Of a stretch of DNA of 64,000 nt, positions 58,809 to 64,000 are shown one piece after another. Both the position numbers and the translations under genes were made by a program. Origin of the DNA: Acidimicrobiaceae bacterium (lineage in GTDB: Bacteria; Actinomycetota; Acidimicrobiia; Acidimicrobiales; Aldehydirespiratoraceae); contig VYFQ01000024.1 of assembly GCA_009842325.1 (NCBI GenBank), forward strand, positions 137,419-201,418, in the 5' to 3' direction. Below the pieces are notes generated by a model. The model was not told where the DNA came from and did not search any database. It worked only from the letters and a program-made list of their open reading frames with translations. Positions within the stretch are counted from its first letter, which is position 1; each line of letters opens with the position of its first letter.

Positions 58809-59270
58809 ATGACTGATATGGCAGACGGTCCGCAAGCCGCCGTGGCCGGCCGCACCGCTCCGATCAGGGTGGTTCTGGCCAAGCTCGGTCTCGACGGCCA
58901 CGACCGGGGCCTCAAAGTGGTCGCCCGCATGCTGCGCGACGCCGGCATGGAGGTGATCTATCTCGGCCTGCGCCAGACAACCGACACCGTCATCGCCGCT
59001 GTCGAACAGGAAGACGCCGACGTCATCGGCCTGTCGATGCACAACGCGGGCCACCTAGCCCTCGCTCCCCGGATCGTGAAGGCTGTCTCCGACGCGGGAC
59101 TCGATGTGCCGGTGGTCATCGGCGGGATCGTTCCCGAGGCCGACGTGAGCGCCCTCAAGGAAATGGGCATCAGCGCCGTGCTGCACCCCGGCGCATCGGC
59201 GGTGGCCGTGGGTGAGGCAGTCCGCGAGGCGGTCCGTGGCTCGCTCGGCGACCAGCCAGTCCACGACTAG
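58809..59270 (+). CDS. icmB: acyl-CoA mutase small cobalamin-binding subunit
   Basis: IRVVLAKLGLDGHDRGLKVVARMLRDAGMEVIYLG (DxHxxG B12-binding motif). Confidence 0.8.
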   Translation: MTDMADGPQAAVAGRTAPIRVVLAKLGLDGHDRGLKVVARMLRDAGMEVIYLGLRQTTDTVIAAVEQEDADVIGLSMHNAGHLALAPRIVKAVSDAGLDVPVVIGGIVPEADVSALKEMGISAVLHPGASAVAVGEAVREAVRGSLGDQPVHD

Positions 59271-59282
59271 GTCCGCGAACCG

Positions 59283-60248
59283 GTGACCGAACCCGGCGAC
59301 CTGCTCGAGCGTGCCATCGCGGGTGAGCGGCGAGCGCTGGGTCGGCTCCTCAGCCTCGTGGAACAGGGCGGTGAAGCCGCCGACGAGATCGCCGAGATGG
59401 TCCACGACCGAACACCGGGAGAGGCACCCGTCATCGGTGTCACCGGCGCGCCCGGGACGGGCAAGTCCACCCTGGTGGGCCACCTAGTCAAGGAGATGGC
59501 CGGCACGGGTGGCCAGCCCGCGGTCCTCGCCGTTGACCCGTCCTCACCGCTCACCGGTGGAGCGATCTTGGGCGACCGCATCCGCATGGACGGCGTAGCC
59601 GGCGGCCGGGCGTTCATCCGCTCGATGGCCACCCGCGGCCACGCTGGCGGGTTGGCGCTGGCCGTGCCTGCAGCCCTGCGACTCTTCGAGGCGTGCGGCT
59701 ACGGGCCGCTCGTGGTCGAGACCGTCGGCGTGGGCCAGGTCGAGGTCGACGTCACCCGCACCGCCGACACCACAGTGGTGATGGTGGCGCCCGGCATGGG
59801 CGACGCGGTTCAGGCCAACAAGTCCGGCCTCCTGGAGGTGGCCGACGTGCTGGTGGTCAACAAGGCCGATCGCCCCGGTGCCGACGACACCCGCCGCGAC
59901 CTGGAGCACATGCTCGACCTAGGCCGCATCACCGGCCTCGCACAGGACTGGCGCCCCGAAATCATCATGACCACCGCCACCACCGGCACCGGAGCAGACC
60001 AGGTCCATCAAGCCATCCAAACCCACCGCGCCCACCTAGCAGAGACAGCCCAGCTAGAAGCCCGCCGCCAAGCCAGCATCCACCAAGAAGTCCTAGACCG
60101 GGTAACCCAGCACCTAGGCACCAAAGCGTCGCAGTACCTGAGCACGCAACCGGCTGCACTGACAGAAGCACTAGAGGGCCACAGCACGCCGGCCGCCACC
60201 GCGGCCAAGATCAGCAAGCGCCTACTGAGCAACCAGCCCCCCAGCTAA
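59283..60248 (+). CDS. meaB: MeaB/ArgK-family G-protein chaperone for B12 mutases
   Basis: P-loop VIGVTGAPGTGKSTLV, DPSSPLTGGAILGDRIRM, VETVGVGQ, and VVNKADR (NKxD). Confidence 0.85.
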   Translation: MTEPGDLLERAIAGERRALGRLLSLVEQGGEAADEIAEMVHDRTPGEAPVIGVTGAPGTGKSTLVGHLVKEMAGTGGQPAVLAVDPSSPLTGGAILGDRIRMDGVAGGRAFIRSMATRGHAGGLALAVPAALRLFEACGYGPLVVETVGVGQVEVDVTRTADTTVVMVAPGMGDAVQANKSGLLEVADVLVVNKADRPGADDTRRDLEHMLDLGRITGLAQDWRPEIIMTTATTGTGADQVHQAIQTHRAHLAETAQLEARRQASIHQEVLDRVTQHLGTKASQYLSTQPAALTEALEGHSTPAATAAKISKRLLSNQPPS

Positions 60249-60316
60249 CTCAGAGCGATCCACCTGCCGCAGAAGAGACGCGCACGGCGAGGCCGGGGGG
60301 TGGCGCCGGGTCCGGG

Positions 60317-60348
60317 CGGTCGACAATGGGGCGAAGCCCCGTCGACCG
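60317..60348. terminator. strong hairpin between convergent meaB and J-domain genes (candidate bidirectional terminator)
   Basis: CGGTCGAC-AAT-GGGGC-GAA-GCCCC-GTCGACCG. Two stacked perfect stems (8 bp and 5 bp). No clear U-tract. Confidence 0.45.
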
Positions 60349-60396
60349 GACGGACCCTGCGACAGGACCCGCCGGCCGGGAGACCCGGTCTATTGC

Positions 60397-61125
60397 TTAG
60401 CGCGCCAGGAGGATCCGGCGGGCCTCGCTCAACTCAGCAATGCGGTCGGCAGCCTCCGTTTCGGCCGCGCCGAGATCGGGATGAGCGGCTCGCAGCGCCT
60501 CGCGGAAACCCCGTCGGACCGCAGCCTGCTCCGGCAACTCGACCTCGCCTTCGAACCCCAAGACTTCCAGTGCCCAGCCGACGGGATCAGCCACCGCTCG
60601 GGCCGGTCTCGACGTCCGCTGACCGGCCGTCAGGTACGAGAACAGCGCCGGGCCCAGGTCGCCTCGCCACGCCAGGCCCCTCCGCACTGCCCGGAGGGCC
60701 TCGGCGCGGACCGCAGGACCGGCTAAGCCCGCCGCGTAGGCGGAACCCAGGACGAGCTGGCTCGCGGTAGCCCGCGACCCGTCGAACTCGCAGGTCAGGC
60801 GTTCGGCGGAACCTTCGCCGTTAGCCCCGTAGAGCCTCTGCCGACTTCGGGTGAGGCCGACCCGGTCACGCTGCAAGCGGTGGCGCAGCCGGGGTTGAGC
60901 CACAGAGCGTCCCTGCTCCAACTCGTGGACGAGCTCCATGACCTCCCCCAGCCGATCGGGGGTGAGGCCGGGCCCGAAGCGGGCACACACCGCGCCCAGC
61001 AGCAAGCCACCGAAACCGGGGCCTGAGCCATCAGGCGAGCCAGGAAGCCACGCACGGCCCACTGCGATCCGGCGGGTGGGGGCTATCGGTCTGGAGTGGA
61101 AGATCTCCAGCTCGGCCAGCAGCAC
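60397..61125 (-). CDS. hypothetical protein with C-terminal J-domain-like segment (HPD motif)
   Basis: The C-terminus, AAVRRGFREALRAAHPDLGAAETEAADRIAELSEARRILLAR, resembles J-domain helices II-III with HPD. The N-terminal 190 aa are unassigned. Confidence 0.55.
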   Translation of the reverse strand: MLLAELEIFHSRPIAPTRRIAVGRAWLPGSPDGSGPGFGGLLLGAVCARFGPGLTPDRLGEVMELVHELEQGRSVAQPRLRHRLQRDRVGLTRSRQRLYGANGEGSAERLTCEFDGSRATASQLVLGSAYAAGLAGPAVRAEALRAVRRGLAWRGDLGPALFSYLTAGQRTSRPARAVADPVGWALEVLGFEGEVELPEQAAVRRGFREALRAAHPDLGAAETEAADRIAELSEARRILLAR

Positions 61126-61184
61126 CAGGCCAAGCTAGCGGGCGAGAATTCCCCGTACCTCCGCTCGCTTGAGGCGGCTGGCAA

Positions 61185-62339
61185 TCACGCGCCCGTCACC
61201 CCGGCCGGCTCGGTTTGGGGCTGGGGGAACTCAAGCTCCAGACCGTCGAGGGAGTCCAGCAACCCGCCGAGGAAGCCTCCCAGGCCGAAGTCCTCCAACA
61301 TCTCCAGCATCTGTTCGAACTGTGCGCGTTCTTCGTCGGACAACTGGTCGAGGTCGGCGATGCACGCCTCCTGCTCCTCCCCCAGTTGGAAGCAGAGGCC
61401 GTCCCCGAAGAATTCTTGTAGATCGAACGGCAGCTCGCTATCACCGAACCGCTCACCCCTGAAGAACTCCTCCAGATCGAACGGCGGTCCGCCCTCACGG
61501 GGCCTGCCGTCCCTGAAAGGCCGACCATCCTCGAAAGGCCCACCGTCGCGATCCCACGGCATCGGTCCGGGACCGAACAGCCACTCACCGCCCTCGAAAG
61601 GCATCCGCTCACCCCTCGGGTCGGAGAAGGGGAAGAAGCGGAACGCGTCCGGCGGGAGCTTTCTGAATTTGAAGCTCCTGCCTTCGTCGCCGGAATCGAG
61701 ATCTGGCCACGCGGCTCGGGGAGCGTTGCAGACCAGGACGGTCACGGCATCATCGCCTGTGCCGAAGCTGAGGATCGTCGTGCAGCCTTCGGCCGCATCC
61801 GGCTTGTCGGGCCCGCTCCCGTCACCCCTGTTTCCGCCGTATCTCTCCTCGTGTTCCTTGTCGGGGCCGCGCTTATCGCGCTCGGCCCGCTTGCCCCGGT
61901 CGCGGTCGAAGCGTTCGCTGCGCTCGCGGTCGAAGCGCTCACCGCGGCGCCGCTCGGCCCGCTCGCCCCTGTCGCTGTCGCGGCGAGGTCCCCAATCGCG
62001 CTCAGCGCCGCGCAACTCCTCGGGAGTGACGGCCGTCGCGTAGTCCTCGTAGCAGCAGGCCCTGTAGTCATCGTCATCGTCGACGATGGCCGAGATGGCC
62101 CACACCGCGCCGGTGATCGCCGCCGCGCTGGCCAGCACCGCGCCCGCAACCACGGCAGCAGCCCGGGCCGTACGCCACCGAGGCTCGCTCGCACTTGTGC
62201 TGCCGTCATCCGAGGAGACGGTCTCTGCTGCGGCGTCCTCAACGGGAGCGTCCTCAACGGGAGCGTCCTCAGCGGGAGCGTCCTCGACAGGAACGTTCTC
62301 GACAGGAGTGTCTTCTACTGGAGCGTCTTCGTCGGCCAT
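61185..62339 (-). CDS. hypothetical low-complexity membrane protein (acidic pentapeptide repeats, Arg/Glu/Asp-rich and Phe/Gly/Pro/Asp-rich tracts)
   Basis: MADEDAPVEDTPVENVPVEDAPAEDAPVEDAPVED..., TM segment AAAVVAGAVLASAAAITGAVWAISAIV, then DDDDDYRACCYEDY, RGERFDRERSERFDRDRGKR, and GGPPFDLEEFFRGERFGDSELPFDLQEFF. Confidence 0.5.
   Translation of the reverse strand: MADEDAPVEDTPVENVPVEDAPAEDAPVEDAPVEDAAAETVSSDDGSTSASEPRWRTARAAAVVAGAVLASAAAITGAVWAISAIVDDDDDYRACCYEDYATAVTPEELRGAERDWGPRRDSDRGERAERRRGERFDRERSERFDRDRGKRAERDKRGPDKEHEERYGGNRGDGSGPDKPDAAEGCTTILSFGTGDDAVTVLVCNAPRAAWPDLDSGDEGRSFKFRKLPPDAFRFFPFSDPRGERMPFEGGEWLFGPGPMPWDRDGGPFEDGRPFRDGRPREGGPPFDLEEFFRGERFGDSELPFDLQEFFGDGLCFQLGEEQEACIADLDQLSDEERAQFEQMLEMLEDFGLGGFLGGLLDSLDGLELEFPQPQTEPAGVTGA
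62234..62338 (-). repeat. in-frame 15-nt tandem repeat (7 units) encoding (APVED)n
   Basis: Plus-strand units cgtcctcaacgggag and variants start at 62234, 62249, 62264, 62279, 62294, 62309 and 62324. Confidence 0.85.
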
Positions 62340-62402
62340 GGGGCAAGAATGTAGGAGCCGACGTTGAGAGTCTGGTTAGAGATGGGTCGCGGCCCGGGTC
62401 GC

Positions 62403-63293
62403 TCAGACGAGCGTCCTGAGGGTGTCGCTCATGCGGTGGGCCAGCTCGCGTAGATCGTCTCTGTCGGCGTCCTCGCTCTCCACCAGGTCGAGCAACTCAC
62501 CCACCGTGTTGCGCAGCGTTCGCCAGTTGGGAGCAGAGAAGCCGAACGGCGTCCGCACTCCGGCGATCCGCCGAGCGTTCGTCACCACGCCTCGTATGCC
62601 GTCGAGGTCGCCGGGATCCTTCCGCAGCCGGTCGCACGCCACGAACAGGTCGCTGAGGAGCGTATTGACCTCAAGGCCGTCGAGCTCCTCGAACTGAGCT
62701 TCCTCCTCGCGGGCCAGCAGATCGTCGATCACGAGCTCGACGCGGTCCTCGTCCGCTTCGCGGACCAGCAGGTCGCAGACTTCGGTTGGCTCCGTCTCCT
62801 GATCGGCGTCGCCCTCGGTGGCGTCGCCCTCGGTGGCGTCACCCTCGGTGGCGTCACCCTCCGTGTCCAGGATGTGAGGCACGCGGGCCTGCACCAGTCG
62901 CTCCACCAACTCCGACCTCAGCGCCTCCGACCATTCTGCGAGTTCGAAGGCCGTCAGGGAGTCCTCGGGCCCGATCGGTCGGCTCGTCGCCTCCTTCGCC
63001 TTCTCAGTCTCCTCCACCTCGTCCACGAGGCTGTCGACCTTCTCCTCCAGCGACTCGTGGACCATCAACGTGGTGCCCTGCCACGAGTGGACGACCTTGT
63101 CGACGGTGAGCAGTTGCTGCAGCATCACCCGGCTCTCGAGCGACCACTCGTGAAGCTCGTACGCCAGCCACTCCCCGGCTTCGCCGTCGCCGGGATCCTG
63201 GTCGGGATCCTGGTCAGCCGGATCGCTCGGGAACGGCTCGGACCCGGTGTCGGCCGAGCCTCGGCGGAACCGGTCTCGGAACGCGGCGGGCAC
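62403..63293 (-). CDS. hypothetical acidic protein with (EGDAT)4 repeat
   Basis: 296 aa, GTG start: ...EWLAYELHEWSLESRVMLQQLL...AFELAEWSEALRSEL...TEGDATEGDATEGDATEGDAD... No family recognised. Confidence 0.5.
   Translation of the reverse strand: MPAAFRDRFRRGSADTGSEPFPSDPADQDPDQDPGDGEAGEWLAYELHEWSLESRVMLQQLLTVDKVVHSWQGTTLMVHESLEEKVDSLVDEVEETEKAKEATSRPIGPEDSLTAFELAEWSEALRSELVERLVQARVPHILDTEGDATEGDATEGDATEGDADQETEPTEVCDLLVREADEDRVELVIDDLLAREEEAQFEELDGLEVNTLLSDLFVACDRLRKDPGDLDGIRGVVTNARRIAGVRTPFGFSAPNWRTLRNTVGELLDLVESEDADRDDLRELAHRMSDTLRTLV
62805..62864 (-). repeat. in-frame 15-nt tandem repeat (4 units) encoding (EGDAT)n
   Basis: ggcgtcgccctcggt x2, then ggcgtcaccctcggt and ggcgtcaccctccgt, starting at 62805, 62820, 62835 and 62850. 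Confidence 0.9.
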
Positions 63294-63413
63294 GTCACAA
63301 TCTTGCCACCGCGGCCGCCCATTGCGGCGCTGCTGATCTGCCGCACCGCTCAGATCGCGCCGGCACCGCTCACGTACTACTCACCGATGCCTGGCTTGGG
63401 ATAGGTTCGCGGC

Positions 63414-64000
63414 ATGGTCGCATCGACGCATCCCAAACCCGATCGCAACATCGCGCTGGAGCTGGTGCGAATCACCGAGGGCGCGGCCATAGCTGCATCC
63501 CGGTGGATGGGACGGGGCGACAAAGACGGGGCCGACGGGGCCGCGGTCGACGCCATGCGGAGGGTGCTGAGCGACATCTCGATGGACGGCATCGTCGTGA
63601 TCGGGGAGGGCGAGAAGGACGAGGCGCCCATGCTCTACAACGGCGAGCGGGTCGGCAACGGCCAGCTGCCACAGACCGACGTGGCCGTCGACCCGATAGA
63701 CGGCACCACCCTGACCTCGCTGGGGCGAGCCAACGCCCTGTCGGTGATCGCGGTGGCCGACCGGGGCACGATGTTCGATCCCGGCCCGTGCGTGTACATG
63801 GAGAAGATCGCCACCGGTCCCGAAGCCGCCGACCTGATCGACATCACCAAGTCGCCGACCGACAACCTGAAGGCCGTGGCCGAGGCCAAGAGCGAGTTCG
63901 TGCGCGACCTGACCGCCGTGATCCTGGACCGCGACCGCCACGACGATCTGATCGCCGAGGTGCGCGAGGCCGGTGCCCGCATCAGGCTGATCCCCGACGG
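63414..64000 (+). CDS. glpX: class II fructose-1,6-bisphosphatase; 3' end cut by window edge
   Basis: Not in the ORF track because it runs off the edge. Own translation from ATG at 63414: [49 protein letters not shown]...[18 protein letters not shown]...AVDPIDGTT... Confidence 0.9.
   Translation, partial: MVASTHPKPDRNIALELVRITEGAAIAASRWMGRGDKDGADGAAVDAMRRVLSDISMDGIVVIGEGEKDEAPMLYNGERVGNGQLPQTDVAVDPIDGTTLTSLGRANALSVIAVADRGTMFDPGPCVYMEKIATGPEAADLIDITKSPTDNLKAVAEAKSEFVRDLTAVILDRDRHDDLIAEVREAGARIRLIPD

Overview
High-GC Actinomycetota-type chromosomal segment. Spot counts of 60-nt lines give about 46/60 G+C in core genes. It is densely packed, with about 60 protein genes. I found no rRNA, tRNA, CRISPR array, transposase or integrase. 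Conserved housekeeping blocks in typical actinobacterial synteny are ilvBNC, gatCAB, ligA, mnmA-iscS, murA, glyA-rpiB-tsaC-prmC-prfA and glpX. Other recognisable genes include a TRAP transporter, an icmA-icmB-meaB acyl-CoA mutase operon, ppk2, and a sulfatase/LLM/TauD group. Three visibly lower-GC islets (about 29-34/60 G+C in spot counts) interrupt this core. (1) 12.5-14.6 kb holds vapBC, a PD-(D/E)xK nuclease-like gene and an ORF with no canonical start that abuts dps. (2) 25.7-27.3 kb holds an orphan beta-class DNA methyltransferase with an unassigned C-terminal domain next to ligA. (3) 48.8-55.0 kb holds an atypical 1014-aa McrB-like GTPase (unassigned N-terminal module, tandemly duplicated ~205-aa module, C-terminal tail) translationally coupled to McrC. 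Two unknown small genes precede it, and a divergent membrane-anchored coiled-coil gene has a near-consensus promoter. Islet 3 is my best candidate for an undescribed defence-system variant. Other notable signals are a Bcp peroxiredoxin with an in-frame TGA exactly at the peroxidatic Cys plus a downstream hairpin (candidate selenoprotein), and a PASTA-domain pseudokinase lacking the HRD catalytic loop. There is also a ~50-nt palindromic intergenic element present twice, a candidate Val/Leu-rich ilvB leader peptide with attenuator hairpin, and a MurA with Asp at the fosfomycin-target position. Many long antisense ORFs in the track are high-GC artefacts. All family assignments rest on motifs read by eye, with no database search.
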